Shown here in pieces: positions 42,493 through 52,477 of a stretch of DNA of 64,000 nt. The DNA comes from an uncultured delta proteobacterium (GTDB taxonomy: Bacteria; Desulfobacterota; Binatia; UBA9968), in contig CAVXEP010000015.1 of the NCBI GenBank assembly GCA_963760795.1, positions 64,001 to 128,000 of the forward strand, in the 5' to 3' direction. A program made the position numbers and the translations under genes. Within the stretch, counting starts at the first letter, position 1, and each line of letters starts with the position of its first letter. The notes under the pieces are model-generated. The model made no database searches. It was given only the letters and a program-made list of their open reading frames with translations, and was not told where the DNA came from.

Positions 42493-43365
42493 TCAAATTT
42501 GTGAAGCACCTTCATTCGCTTTCATCGCCGCGCGCTTCACTAACGTCTTCACGATCGCGCGCTTGTAATGCTCCGAGCCGCGCAGATCGCTCGTGGGGCT
42601 GCATTCTTGCGACGCGAGCGAACCTGCTTCTTCCGCTAACTGCGGCGTGAGTTTTTTTCCATTGATCAACGCCTCGGCATTGCGCGCGCGCACCGGCGTC
42701 GCGCCGACACAGCCAAGCACGATGCGCGCGGTCTGAATCGTCGCATCCGAATTCACTGTCAGCCGCACCGCCACGCCTGCGCACGGCTTGTCGACCACCG
42801 AGCTGCTGGAGAAGCGAATGTATTCGATGCCCGAACGCGCAGGCAGCGGCGGCAACACAACATGGGTAAGAATCTCGTCTTCTGCCAAGCTGGTCGTGTA
42901 AAAGTCGAGAAACAGTTCTTCAACCGCAATCGTTCTCGGTCCATTGGGACCGGCAATTTTAACCTTGCCGTCGAGGGCGATAAAGATTTGCGCTAGATCC
43001 GTCAGCGCCTCGCCGGAAGCGAGATTGCCGCCCACCGTGCCCATGTTGCGCACGCGGATGTTGGCGACTTCCCGTTCCGCCGCGCACAGCACGGGACATT
43101 GTTCTTGCACCAGCGCGGAAGTTTCGAGCTCGCGGTGGGTCACCAGCGCGCCGATGGCCAAGCCTTCACTTGCATCGAAGCGGATGCCTTTAAGCTCGGC
43201 AATCTTTTTGATGTTGATTAGTGACGCCGGTTCCAACAATCCCTGCTTCATGAGAATGGTCAGATGCGCGCCGCCGGCAAAGACTTTCGCGTCACTGCCA
43301 TGCTGCTTGAGCAGCGCACACGCCTCGGCTACAGTCTGCGGTTCCAGGTAGTCGAAGTTTTTCAT
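42493..43365 (-). CDS. FAD-binding subunit, CoxM-like
   Basis: FDYLEP, AGGAHL, VRNMGTVGGNL, DLRGSEHYKR. Confidence 0.93.
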   Translation of the reverse strand: MKNFDYLEPQTVAEACALLKQHGSDAKVFAGGAHLTILMKQGLLEPASLINIKKIAELKGIRFDASEGLAIGALVTHRELETSALVQEQCPVLCAAEREVANIRVRNMGTVGGNLASGEALTDLAQIFIALDGKVKIAGPNGPRTIAVEELFLDFYTTSLAEDEILTHVVLPPLPARSGIEYIRFSSSSVVDKPCAGVAVRLTVNSDATIQTARIVLGCVGATPVRARNAEALINGKKLTPQLAEEAGSLASQECSPTSDLRGSEHYKRAIVKTLVKRAAMKANEGASQI

Positions 43366-43390
43366 TGATGGTCAGTCGGATTAAGATCAT

Positions 43391-43480
43391 CTCTCGCAAA
43401 GGCACCAAGGCGCGAAGTCATAACGAAGAATAATTTTTGCTAGTTTTCCGACCTTGGCGTCTTTGCGTCTTTGGCGAGAG
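43391..43480. repeat. Nonamer-type foldback repeat
   Basis: ctctcgcaaaggcaccaaggcgcgaag ... ccttggcgtctttgcgtctttggcgagag. Confidence 0.7.
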
Positions 43481-43497
43481 TAATTCCTTTTCCGATA

Positions 43498-44844
43498 TTA
43501 TATATACTTCACCTGATCGACGCCGGGGATCTCGACCTTCTCGAAGCGCCAGTGTTCTTTCAACGGCGCGGTGGCGTCGATGCCCATGCCCGCGGTGACC
43601 CGCGCTTCGGGGCAGGATGGGTCGAGGGTCGAGCAGGCGATGCGCGGGATGACGATTAAATCCTTATCCGCCTGAAAGCGCGTCGCCATCGCCCAGTCGA
43701 CTTGCATCGGATCGAAGGGATCGATGTCGTCGTCGACGACGATCACTTGCTTCAAACCGATGCCCATGGACAACAGCGCGAGAATGACGTTGCGCCCTTC
43801 GTTCTCCGCGCGCTTCTTGATCGCCACCACGACATGATGGCGAAACGTCCCGCCCGGCGTCATGTTGACGCCTTTGACTTCCGGGACGATTTTTTTCACT
43901 TCACGATGGACCACCGCGGCGTTGCCGTATTCGATCAGCGTGTGGTTTTCCGTCACCGGCATGCCGGTGAGCGCGGTCTGCCAGATCGGCTGCTTGCGCA
44001 TGGTGATCGCGGTCACCTTCAACACTGGCGCCTGCTTGGCGTCGCTATAACAGCCGGGATACTCACCGTAAGGACCGTCCGGCACGCGCTCGCCGGGGAT
44101 CGTCACGCCTTCGATGATCACCTCCGCCATGGCCGGCACTTCGACATCGATGGTTTCGCATTTCACCAGCTTCACCGCGCCGCCGCGCAGGCCACCGGCG
44201 ACGTGAAATTCGTCGATGCCGTAGGGCACCCGTGCTTGCGACGCAACGACGATCGACGGCTCCACCCCCACTGCGGTGGCGACCGCCAATCCCTTGCCAT
44301 TTTCCTCGGCCTTCAAAATCATCCGGCCGAGATGGTGGTCGGCCGGCGCCCAGAGCGATAACTTGTCTTTGCCCAACACCAGCATGCGGTGGACGGAAAG
44401 ATTGCGAATGCCGGTGTCAGGATCTTTGCCGATCTGCATGCCGATGGTGACGTAGGGGCCGCAGTCTTTGGTCGCGTGGGTGACGATGGGGAGCTTGGTC
44501 AGGTCGATTTGCTCGCCGGTCCATTTGATTTCCTTGCACGGACCGGTGGCAACGATCTCAGGCGGGATGCGCTTGTCTTCCAAGGTCATATAGCGCTCGA
44601 GCAGCTCGTCCTGCGGCACGCCGAGACCAAGAGCAACGAGTTTGCGCGTCGCGAACAAACCGCCGAGCACGCGCCAGTCGGGATAGTTTTTCACGTTTTC
44701 GAACAGCAGCGCCGGCCCTTCGATGTCCGAGGTCTTGCGCATGCCCGCGGCGATCTCATGCTTGACGCTGACCTCGTCTTTAACCAGCTTCAACTGCCCC
44801 AAGTCTTCCAGGTGGGCGAGAAAGCTTCTTAGATCTTCAAACAT
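43498..44844 (-). CDS. UbiD family prFMN-dependent (de)carboxylase
   Basis: GPALLFENV, RNLSVHR, DGPYGEYPGCY, VVDDDIDPF, WAMATRFQA, GIDAT. Confidence 0.93.
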   Translation of the reverse strand: MFEDLRSFLAHLEDLGQLKLVKDEVSVKHEIAAGMRKTSDIEGPALLFENVKNYPDWRVLGGLFATRKLVALGLGVPQDELLERYMTLEDKRIPPEIVATGPCKEIKWTGEQIDLTKLPIVTHATKDCGPYVTIGMQIGKDPDTGIRNLSVHRMLVLGKDKLSLWAPADHHLGRMILKAEENGKGLAVATAVGVEPSIVVASQARVPYGIDEFHVAGGLRGGAVKLVKCETIDVEVPAMAEVIIEGVTIPGERVPDGPYGEYPGCYSDAKQAPVLKVTAITMRKQPIWQTALTGMPVTENHTLIEYGNAAVVHREVKKIVPEVKGVNMTPGGTFRHHVVVAIKKRAENEGRNVILALLSMGIGLKQVIVVDDDIDPFDPMQVDWAMATRFQADKDLIVIPRIACSTLDPSCPEARVTAGMGIDATAPLKEHWRFEKVEIPGVDQVKYI

Positions 44845-44866
44845 GGAAACCCCTCAAACTTCCAAA

Positions 44867-44954
44867 TTGGAGTGGTGGAGTATTGGAGTGATGGAATGTT
44901 GGGTAGGAAATCCGGAACCCATTACTCCAACACTCCAGTACTCCATTACTCCAA
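44867..44954. repeat. Octamer foldback array TGGAGTRN / NYACTCCA
   Basis: ttggagtggtggagtattggagtgatggaatgttggg ... cccattactccaacactccagtactccattactccaa. Confidence 0.85.
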
Positions 44955-44957
44955 CCT

Positions 44958-45941
44958 TCAGCCCATCCGCAACAGCGGCAGCACTTCGTCGACAAATCGC
45001 TTCACCTGCCCCGGCTGATCCTGAGCGGTGAAACGCAGCACCGGCGTGGTGATACCCATGTCGAGCCATTGTTGGATTAATTTCGCGCAATCTTTCGGCG
45101 CACCGTGAGCGAGCCAGACCTTGATCAGGCTATCCGGCGGATAGTTCGGACCGTAATAATGATTGAAGTAATCCTTGGACTGCTGATAAGCCAATGCCCT
45201 GTCGTCGTTGATGTTGACCATGCCGTGGATGGCAACTTCAAAGTTGGACAAATCCTTGCCAATCTCCTGGGCAGTCTGCTCAATAACTATCAGACGCTTG
45301 GCCAATTCTTCGGCAGTGACGCCCATGGTAATGTAACCGTCGGCGAGGCGACCGACGCGACGCATCGCTTGATCAACGATGCTGTCGCCCACCTGCTCAC
45401 GGTCGGGACTGACAGCGATCCAGATCGGCGGCGGCTTTTGTACCGGCTTGGGCACGATGTTGTAGTCGTCGAGAGTGTAATACTTGCCGTGAAACGAAGT
45501 ATTCCGGTCGCTCCAAATCTGCCGCAACAGCTCGATCCCTTCGCGCATGCGGCCGACCCGTTCTTCTTTTTTCACGCCGAAAGCGCGCAGCTCGCCGTCA
45601 TGACCGCCGCCGATGCAGACACCGAGCAGCGAGCGGCCTTGAGAGAGCTGGTCCAACGACGCCCACTGAATCGCCAACAAGACCGGATGACGCACCGGGA
45701 ACGACGCCATGCAAATGGTGCCGAGCCGAACCTTCTTGGTATGGGTCGCCACCGCCGCGAGCATGGTAATTGCTTCAAGCCGTGGTTTATGAATCAAACT
45801 ATCGCCAAACCATACCGACTCGAAGACACCGGATTGCTCAGCCAGGACCGCAGTGTGAATCAGTTCCTCGACGTCGGTGAGACCGAACAGCGCGCCACGG
45901 TTGGGCAGGCTGATGCCCCATTTCACCGGCAGCTTAACCAT
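44958..45941 (-). CDS. LLM class flavin/F420-dependent oxidoreductase
   Basis: SVWFGDS, RHPVLLA..WASLDQLSQGR, PKPVQKPPPIW, GRLADG. Confidence 0.92.
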   Translation of the reverse strand: MVKLPVKWGISLPNRGALFGLTDVEELIHTAVLAEQSGVFESVWFGDSLIHKPRLEAITMLAAVATHTKKVRLGTICMASFPVRHPVLLAIQWASLDQLSQGRSLLGVCIGGGHDGELRAFGVKKEERVGRMREGIELLRQIWSDRNTSFHGKYYTLDDYNIVPKPVQKPPPIWIAVSPDREQVGDSIVDQAMRRVGRLADGYITMGVTAEELAKRLIVIEQTAQEIGKDLSNFEVAIHGMVNINDDRALAYQQSKDYFNHYYGPNYPPDSLIKVWLAHGAPKDCAKLIQQWLDMGITTPVLRFTAQDQPGQVKRFVDEVLPLLRMG

Positions 45942-46085
45942 GGCTTTGTGTTAGAAGAACCGTCACAGGGAGTCAAGCCAATCTTGGCTTGACAGAAACA
46001 GACATTTGCGAGCATAGCATACTCAGCGCGCTCGCCCGCGACGGCCAGCGTTCAGCGATTTTCACCTCAAGAAACCGGAGGTTCA

Positions 46086-47524
46086 TGGCCATGTCAAAAG
46101 ATCTGCGCAGTTATCTCGATGAGTTGTTGGAGAAGCGTCCCAAGGATGTCGTCGTCGTCGACAAGGAAGTCGATCCGGTTTACGAAGTCACCGCCATCGT
46201 CGAAAAATTTGAACGTGAGAATAAATTCCCCTTGGTGTTTTTCAAAAACGTCAAGGGTTCCAAGATCCCGGCGATCGTCAACCTCGGCGCCACCTACGAG
46301 CGCTTGGCCTTGGCGCTCGGTTCGCCCAACGTGCCGCAAATGGTCCGAGACCTGGCCCATCGGGAACATAACCCGCGGCCGGTAAAAGAAGTCGCCGCCA
46401 AGGACGCTCCTTGTAAAGAAGTAATCCTCAAAGGCGATCAAGTCGACCTCGATCTGTTCCCCGTCTTGACCCATAACGAAGGCGATGCCGGCGCCTACAT
46501 CAACGCCGCGGCGTTGATCTGCAAAGAACGTGGCACCGGCGCGGTGAACGTCGGCATCTATCGCCATCAAAAACAGGGCAAACGACAACTCGGCTTGATG
46601 GTCAATCCGGCCAACCATGCCAACTACGTGCGCGCCGAATACGAAGATCACAACGAGCCGATGGAAGTCGCGCTCTGCATCGGCCACCATCCGGCGCTCA
46701 ACATGGCGGCGGTCAGCAAGCAAGCCGGCGTCGGTTCCGAACTGGAGATCGCCGGCGCATTCCTCGGTGAGCCCTTGGAAGTCGTTAAAGCCGAGACCGT
46801 CAATCTGCTGGTGCCGGCCCATTGCGAGATCATCATCGAAGGCATCGTGCCGCCCAAGAAGCGCCATTACGAAGGCCCATTCGGTGAATGGCCGCACTAC
46901 TATTACAAGGAGGGCGAGCAGCCCTACATCGAGGTGACCGCCATCACCATGAAGAAAAATCCGATCTACCAGAGCATTCACAGCGCCCACATCGAACACA
47001 ACATCATCGGCGCCGCGCCGCGGCTCGGCAGTCTGCTCAAACGGGTGCAAGAAGTCGTGCCCAGCACCACTGCGGTCAACCTGCCGATCTCCGGCGCCGC
47101 CCGCTCGCATTGCTACATCTCGGTGAAAAAACGCGCCGAGGGGGATCCCAAGCAAGCAGCCCTGGGCGCCATCGTCACCGATCCGAATATCAAACATGTC
47201 ATCGTCGTCGACGACGATGTCGATGTCTTCAACGAAAACCAAGTGCTGTGGGCATTGGCGATGCGGTTCCAAGCCGACCGCGACTTGGTGATCATCCCGA
47301 ACATCATCGGCTCGCACTTGAACCCCACCGCCTACGGCTACAACCGTATGGAGCGCGGCCCGATGGAGACCAAACTAATTTTCGACGCCACCAAACCGCT
47401 GCCGCCCTACGACTTCCCCAAAGAAGCCCAGGCGCCTGACGCGGTATTGAACAAGATCGATCTTAATCGCGACACCCGCCCCTACGAGCCGGGCAAGGAC
47501 GACAAAATCATCACGGGCAAGTAG
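46086..47524 (+). CDS. UbiD family prFMN-dependent (de)carboxylase
   Basis: KDLRSYL, NVGIYR, EGPFGEWPHYY, VVDDDVDVF, DATKP; GGAGG RBS. Confidence 0.93.
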
Positions 47525-47544
47525 CAGCCGAGTCAATGATCGGT

Positions 47545-47624
47545 ATTCCAAATTACAGATTACAAATTCCAAAAGCAGAATCTGGAATATGGAGTCTGGA
47601 ATATGGAATGTGAAATTTGCAATT
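47545..47624. repeat. Heptamer foldback array ATTMCAR / TGGAAT
   Basis: attccaa attacag attacaa attccaa ... atctgga atatgga gtctgga atatgga atgtgaa atttgca. Confidence 0.85.
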
Positions 47625-47643
47625 CCCTGCGCAGCGAGGACGC

Positions 47644-48432
47644 ATGGTAGAAATCGAGCGGGTCTCGAAAAGTTTTCACAAGACCGTCAAGGAGCACACC
47701 ACCGAGGTAAAAGCTCTGGCGGAAGTGAATCTTTCGATCCGCGCAAACGAGTTTTTGAGCATCATCGGTCCGAGCGGCTGCGGCAAGACGACGCTGCTCA
47801 AGATGATCGACGGTCTGATTCCCTACGACAGCGGCAAGATTTCCATCGCTGGCAAGCTAGTCACCGCGCCCGGTCCGGACCGCGCCGTAGTCTTTCAAAC
47901 CTTCGCGCTACTGCCATGGCGCACGGTGTTGGCTAATGTCGAGTTCAGTCTCGAGCTGCGCCAGATCGGCGCCCAGGAACGCACCGAGATCGCCCGCGAT
48001 TGCTTGCAGCGCGTCGGCTTGAGCGATTTTGAAACCCACTATCCCCACGAGCTCTCCGGCGGCATGCAGCAGCGCGCCGGTCTCGCCCGCGCCCTGGCGG
48101 TCAATCCGTCGATCTTGTTGATGGACGAGCCCTTCGGCGCCGTCGACGCCCAGACCCGCCAGTTATTACAGGAAGAGTTGCTCGAACTCTGGCAGCGCGA
48201 GCGCAAGACCGTGATCTTCATCACTCACAGCATGGACGAAGCGGTCTACCTATCCGACCGCGTCGTCGTCATGACGCCGCGGCCAGGCCATGTCGCCGAA
48301 GTCCTCGATGTCCCGCTGGCGCGTCCGCGCAGCGCCGAAGCAGTCCGGCGCGAGCCCAAGTTCGTCGAGTTGACCAATTACATCTGGGATAGCCTCAAGA
48401 AAGCGATGGAGAATGGCCATGCAAGCACGTGA
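47644..48432 (+). CDS. NitT/TauT ABC transporter ATP-binding protein
   Basis: GPSGCGKTT, LSGGMQQR, LMDEPFGA, FITH. Confidence 0.95.
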   Translation: MVEIERVSKSFHKTVKEHTTEVKALAEVNLSIRANEFLSIIGPSGCGKTTLLKMIDGLIPYDSGKISIAGKLVTAPGPDRAVVFQTFALLPWRTVLANVEFSLELRQIGAQERTEIARDCLQRVGLSDFETHYPHELSGGMQQRAGLARALAVNPSILLMDEPFGAVDAQTRQLLQEELLELWQRERKTVIFITHSMDEAVYLSDRVVVMTPRPGHVAEVLDVPLARPRSAEAVRREPKFVELTNYIWDSLKKAMENGHAST

Positions 48433-48495
48433 CGCTCGCTGCCGTCACGAAGGTAAGATTCTGAACCTATGGCGCAATTCGCAAAAGTCCGATTG

Positions 48496-48652
48496 CTGCC
48501 ATCCCGAGCAGGCGAGGGATCTCGTCTTTTCTGCCACTTACGAAGACGAGATTCCTCGGCGGAGTTTATCCTGAGCAACGTCGAAGGGCCTCGGAAGGAC
48601 AGTTGCGACACAGTCTCTTGCGGGAGAAGGTGAGGATGAGGGTACGACCAAT
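48496..48652. repeat. Palindromic repeat with nested 24-nt CCTGAG-N4-GTCGAAG element (48563-48586), followed by a GGGAGAAGGTGAGGATGAGGG unit
   Basis: ctgccatcccgag..cgagggatctcgtctt pairs with aagacgagattcctcgg..ctcggaaggacag. Confidence 0.7.
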
Positions 48653-48666
48653 GAGGGGTAAGGCAA

Positions 48667-49422
48667 TTGCATAGCCAATTCAAAATGAATGCGCTGTCGA
48701 TCCTCTCCCTCGCCGCGGTTTGGGAAATCGCCGGGCGCATGGCCGACTCGACGCTGATCCCGCCGCTAACGCAAATCGCCGCAGCCTGGTACAAACTATT
48801 GCTTGGCGGCAAGCTCCTGCCCAATCTCGGCGCCAGCCTCTGGACCATGGTCGTCGGCTTTGTCCTGGCGGTCTTAGTCGGCATCGTCATCGGCCTGCTC
48901 ATGGGCCGCTTCCGCGCCGTCGAGCATTTTCTCGATCTTTATGTCAACGCCCTGATGTCGGCGCCCACCACCGCCTTCGTGCCCGTGCTGATCCTCTGGT
49001 TCGGTCTCGGCGTGCAATCGCGCATCGCCGTGGTCTTTCTCTTCGCCGTGTTCGTCGTCATCATCAACACCATGACCGGCGTCAAACAGGTCGACCGTGT
49101 GCTGCTTGAGATGGCGCGTTCCTTCGGCGCCAGGGAGAAAGAAACGTTTTTAAAAATCATTCTGCCCGCCGCCATGCCGGCGATCATGGCCGGTGTCCGC
49201 CTCGCCATGGGACGCGCGGTCAAAGGCATCGTCACCGCGGAGATGCTGCTGACCCTCACCGGCATCGGCGCCATGATCATGCAATATGGCTCGGCCTTCG
49301 CCACCGACGCGCTGTTCGCCGTGATCTTGACGATTTTAATCGTCGCCATGATCGCCATGAAGCTGGTCCAATTGCTCGATCGTCGTCTCACCGGCTGGAA
49401 AGTCGAAGTCGCCATTGAATAG
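48667..49422 (+). CDS. NitT/TauT ABC permease
   Basis: EAA loop LLEMARSFGA..KIILPAAMP; VTAEM. Confidence 0.93.
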   Translation: MHSQFKMNALSILSLAAVWEIAGRMADSTLIPPLTQIAAAWYKLLLGGKLLPNLGASLWTMVVGFVLAVLVGIVIGLLMGRFRAVEHFLDLYVNALMSAPTTAFVPVLILWFGLGVQSRIAVVFLFAVFVVIINTMTGVKQVDRVLLEMARSFGAREKETFLKIILPAAMPAIMAGVRLAMGRAVKGIVTAEMLLTLTGIGAMIMQYGSAFATDALFAVILTILIVAMIAMKLVQLLDRRLTGWKVEVAIE

Positions 49423-49446
49423 TCGATTAAACCAGGAGGGATTCCT

Positions 49447-50430
49447 ATGACCAGGTCACTCGTAAGATTATCCGCCCTACTGATCGTGCTTGCCGTCGGA
49501 GTCGCGATGACCGGACCGGCACAAGCGCAGAAAAAAGTCCGCTTCGCTTACCCATCGTCGGCCGACATGGGTGACGTACCGTCACTGCTCGCTTGGGAAC
49601 AGCTCAAGAAACAGGGCATCGAAGTGGTGCCGGTTTTTTTCCCGAGAACCGATCTCGCCGTCCAAGCGGTGGTCGCCGGCGAAGCCGATATTGGCTCCGC
49701 CGCCGGCATCGCCGTCATCAAGGCGGTGGAAAGCGGCATGAACGTCAGGGTAATCGGCGAACAAGTGCGCAACGAATGGCAACTGGTAACGCCGGTGTCG
49801 ATCAAAGACCCCAAGCAGCTCGACGGCAAGCGGGTCGGTTACCATGCGCCGATCACCGTCACCGAGGCGCTGGTCAAATGGATGGCGCAGCACTACAAGA
49901 TCGCGCCCAACTGGCTGATTATTCCCGGCTCGGATGTGCGCGCCGAAGCGATCATGCGCGGCCAGCTCGACGCCACCCCGGCGGAGATCGTCGACGTGCT
50001 GAATATTTTGAACGCCAAGCCCGGCCAGTTTCATGTCTTAATCTCTTACGCCAAGATCTTCCCGCAACTGATCGGCTCCATGTACTTTGCCCGCGCCGAT
50101 TACTTGCAAAAAGAAAGCGCCGCCGTCGATAGCGTGATGGAAGCGCTCCTGCGCGCCCACCGCAACGCCGAAGAACGGCCGGCGTCGGTGCGCGAAAACG
50201 CGCTCAGGCTGCTGCCCGAGACCAAACCTGAACTGATCGACGCCATCGCTGCGAATTACAAAGACCTGCGCATCTGGGATATCAACGGCGGCGCCGGTAA
50301 AGAGCGCGGCGATGCCAGCATCAAGTTTTTCGAGGATGCCGGACTGCTGAAGAAAGGCGCGGTGAGCTTCGCGCAATCCTTCGACACCGGCTCCCTCGAC
50401 CGCGTGCTCAAGAAGATCGGCCGAAAATAA
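49447..50430 (+). CDS. NitT/TauT (NMT1/SsuA-like) substrate-binding protein
   Basis: Signal peptide ending AQA; AVVAGEADI, LDGKRVG, GQLDA. Confidence 0.9.
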   Translation: MTRSLVRLSALLIVLAVGVAMTGPAQAQKKVRFAYPSSADMGDVPSLLAWEQLKKQGIEVVPVFFPRTDLAVQAVVAGEADIGSAAGIAVIKAVESGMNVRVIGEQVRNEWQLVTPVSIKDPKQLDGKRVGYHAPITVTEALVKWMAQHYKIAPNWLIIPGSDVRAEAIMRGQLDATPAEIVDVLNILNAKPGQFHVLISYAKIFPQLIGSMYFARADYLQKESAAVDSVMEALLRAHRNAEERPASVRENALRLLPETKPELIDAIAANYKDLRIWDINGGAGKERGDASIKFFEDAGLLKKGAVSFAQSFDTGSLDRVLKKIGRK

Positions 50431-50467
50431 ACGCTCGCATCGATTCACGACCGCATGTGACGCATTC

Positions 50468-50496
50468 GCAAGGGCGGGTTTGAAACCCGCCCTTGC
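50468..50496. repeat. REP-like palindrome (GTAG-family variant)
   Basis: gcaagggcgggtt-tga-aacccgcccttgc, perfect 13-bp stem. Confidence 0.75.
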
Positions 50497-50511
50497 ATGG
50501 GCGACGACGAA

Positions 50512-51255
50512 ATGAAACCCAACACGCTCAGACTGCTCTCCCTCATCACCCTTGGCGCGGCCTGGGAGATCGCCGGCCGCACCGGCAACGCCCGCTTGCT
50601 GCCGCCGATCTCGAAAGTCCTGAGCGCGTGGTTCGACCTGCTCGTCTCCGGCCAACTCTTTCAAGCCCTCGGCGTAAGCTTGCAGGCGCTCACCATCGGT
50701 TTCGTTCTCTCGGTACTGTTCGGTGTCCCGCTGGGGTTGCTCATGGGCCGCTACCGCCGGCTCGAAGCTTTTCTCGATATCTACATGACCGCCCTGCTCA
50801 CGGTGCCGATGATTTCGTTCATCCCATTTTTAGTCATCGCCTTCGGCCTCGGCCTCCACTCGCGAGTCTGGATCGTTTTTCTGTTCGCCTTCGTCATCAT
50901 CGCCATCAACACCACCGCCGGCGTGCGCAACGTCGATCCGACGCTGACCGAAATGGCCAAGTCCTTCGGCGCCAAAGAGAGTGAGCTATTTTTAAAAATT
51001 ATCCTGCCCGCCGCTCTGCCGATGATCATGGCCGGAATTCGTCTCGGCATGGGACGCGCGGTGTTGGGCATGGTCACCAGCGAAATGATTCTCGCCGTGG
51101 TCGGCTTTGGCGCCATGCTGATGACTTTTAGCGCGTCGTTCAATTCGGCGGCGCTGTTTGCGACGATTCTGACGATTGTCCTGCTCGCCGTGGCATTGTT
51201 GGCATTGATTCAAAACCTCGACCGCCGTTTAACGCCCTGGCGTGCGGCCGCGTGA
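50512..51255 (+). CDS. NitT/TauT ABC permease, paralog of 48667-49422
   Basis: LTEMAKSFGA..KIILPAALP; closely parallel sequence. Confidence 0.93.
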   Translation: MKPNTLRLLSLITLGAAWEIAGRTGNARLLPPISKVLSAWFDLLVSGQLFQALGVSLQALTIGFVLSVLFGVPLGLLMGRYRRLEAFLDIYMTALLTVPMISFIPFLVIAFGLGLHSRVWIVFLFAFVIIAINTTAGVRNVDPTLTEMAKSFGAKESELFLKIILPAALPMIMAGIRLGMGRAVLGMVTSEMILAVVGFGAMLMTFSASFNSAALFATILTIVLLAVALLALIQNLDRRLTPWRAAA

Positions 51256-51350
51256 GGCTTTTTAAATCCGCCGACTTGGGTTACAGATGCACCGAGGCCA
51301 CGGGCCGGCGTTTACCGGTGAATCAGCCCATCCCTGGAGATTATTTCGTG

Positions 51351-52358
51351 ATGAAAAATCGCATCTTGAATAGACCGCTCTCGCTCCTTTGCGCATTCAT
51401 GGCAATTTCGCTGGCGCATTCTCATGCCGGGGCGCAAACGCCAATGGAGAAACTGCGCGTCGCCTACACCGTCATCGCGCCGACCCAGGCGACCGTCTGG
51501 ACCGCCAAAGACCTGGGCCTGTTTGCCAAGCACGGACTCGACGTAGATTTGGTCCTGCTCGTCGGCGCGCCGCTGGCCATCGCCGCCCTGGTCTCGGGGG
51601 AAACACCGATCGTCCATGCCGGAGCTTCCGCAGTGGTCACCAGCAACCTGCAAGGGTCCGGCACCGTGCTGGTTGCGGGCGGGGCCAATCGCTTTCCCTA
51701 CGTGCTTTTCGTCACCGACGAGATCAAACGAGTGGAAGACCTGAGAGGCAAGAAATTTGGCGTCAGCCGCATCGGCAGCGCCGATCACGCCGCGGCAACT
51801 ACCGTTTTCGACAAGCTCGGCGTCAAGGAGACGGAAATCACCTACGTGCAAGCCGGCAATATTCCAGCGCGCCTGGCCGCCATGCAGGGGAACGCGCTGC
51901 AGGCGAGCTTGCTGCAAGCACCGGAAACGCTCAAGGCCAAAGAGCTTGGCTTTCGCGCCCTGCTCGATTTCACCAAGCTCGACGTCGAATGGCAGCAAAA
52001 CGGCGTCGCCGTCACCCGCGACTACATCAAAAAAAGGCCCGACACCGTGCGCCGCTTCTTGCGAGCTTACGTCGAGGGCAGCCATTACAATCTGACCAAT
52101 GCCAGGGGCGCACAGAAAATCCTGCAAAAATATCTGGCGATCAAAGACGAAAAGTCCGTCGAAGAAGCTTACAATGAAATCGTCGTCAAGCTGACCAGAC
52201 GCGTGCCCTATCCGACCGAGCCCGGCATCCAGCTCTTTCTCGACCAACTAAAAGTGAAAAACCCCAAAGCCGGCCAGGCCAAACCGAGTGATTTTACCGA
52301 CGTAAGTTTTTTGAAGGAACTCGAGTCCAGCGGCTACATCGACAAGCTGTATAAGTAG
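51351..52358 (+). CDS. NitT/TauT substrate-binding protein
   Basis: Signal peptide; GLFAKHGLDV, DLRGKKFGVSRIGS, FLKELESSGYIDKLY. Confidence 0.9.
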   Translation: MKNRILNRPLSLLCAFMAISLAHSHAGAQTPMEKLRVAYTVIAPTQATVWTAKDLGLFAKHGLDVDLVLLVGAPLAIAALVSGETPIVHAGASAVVTSNLQGSGTVLVAGGANRFPYVLFVTDEIKRVEDLRGKKFGVSRIGSADHAAATTVFDKLGVKETEITYVQAGNIPARLAAMQGNALQASLLQAPETLKAKELGFRALLDFTKLDVEWQQNGVAVTRDYIKKRPDTVRRFLRAYVEGSHYNLTNARGAQKILQKYLAIKDEKSVEEAYNEIVVKLTRRVPYPTEPGIQLFLDQLKVKNPKAGQAKPSDFTDVSFLKELESSGYIDKLYK

Positions 52359-52363
52359 AATAC

Positions 52364-52436
52364 GCTCAAGTAGTTCAAACCGTCCGAATCTTTCGCAACG
52401 ATTTGAACGCCTTGAAAGTTTTGAACGGCTTGAACG
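52364..52436. repeat. Nonamer foldback array with GTTCAA/TTGAAC core between convergent genes
   Basis: gctcaagta gttcaaacc gtccgaatc ... tttgaacgc cttgaaagt tttgaacgg cttgaacg. Confidence 0.7.
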
Positions 52437-52477
52437 AAAACCGTGCAAACGTAAAGCCGTTTGCGAATCCACCAAGG

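Noticed and set aside
39630-43365. Aerobic CO dehydrogenase coxMSL
   Set aside because: The active-site loop is AFRGFG, not AYxCSFR, and there are no cox accessory genes.
46094-47317. Long antisense ORFs (also 7661-8671, 38072-39037, 41006-41995, 45105-45992, 51312-52247, 57890-58582)
   Set aside because: They are shadow ORFs of well-supported GC-rich genes on the opposite strand and carry no motifs.
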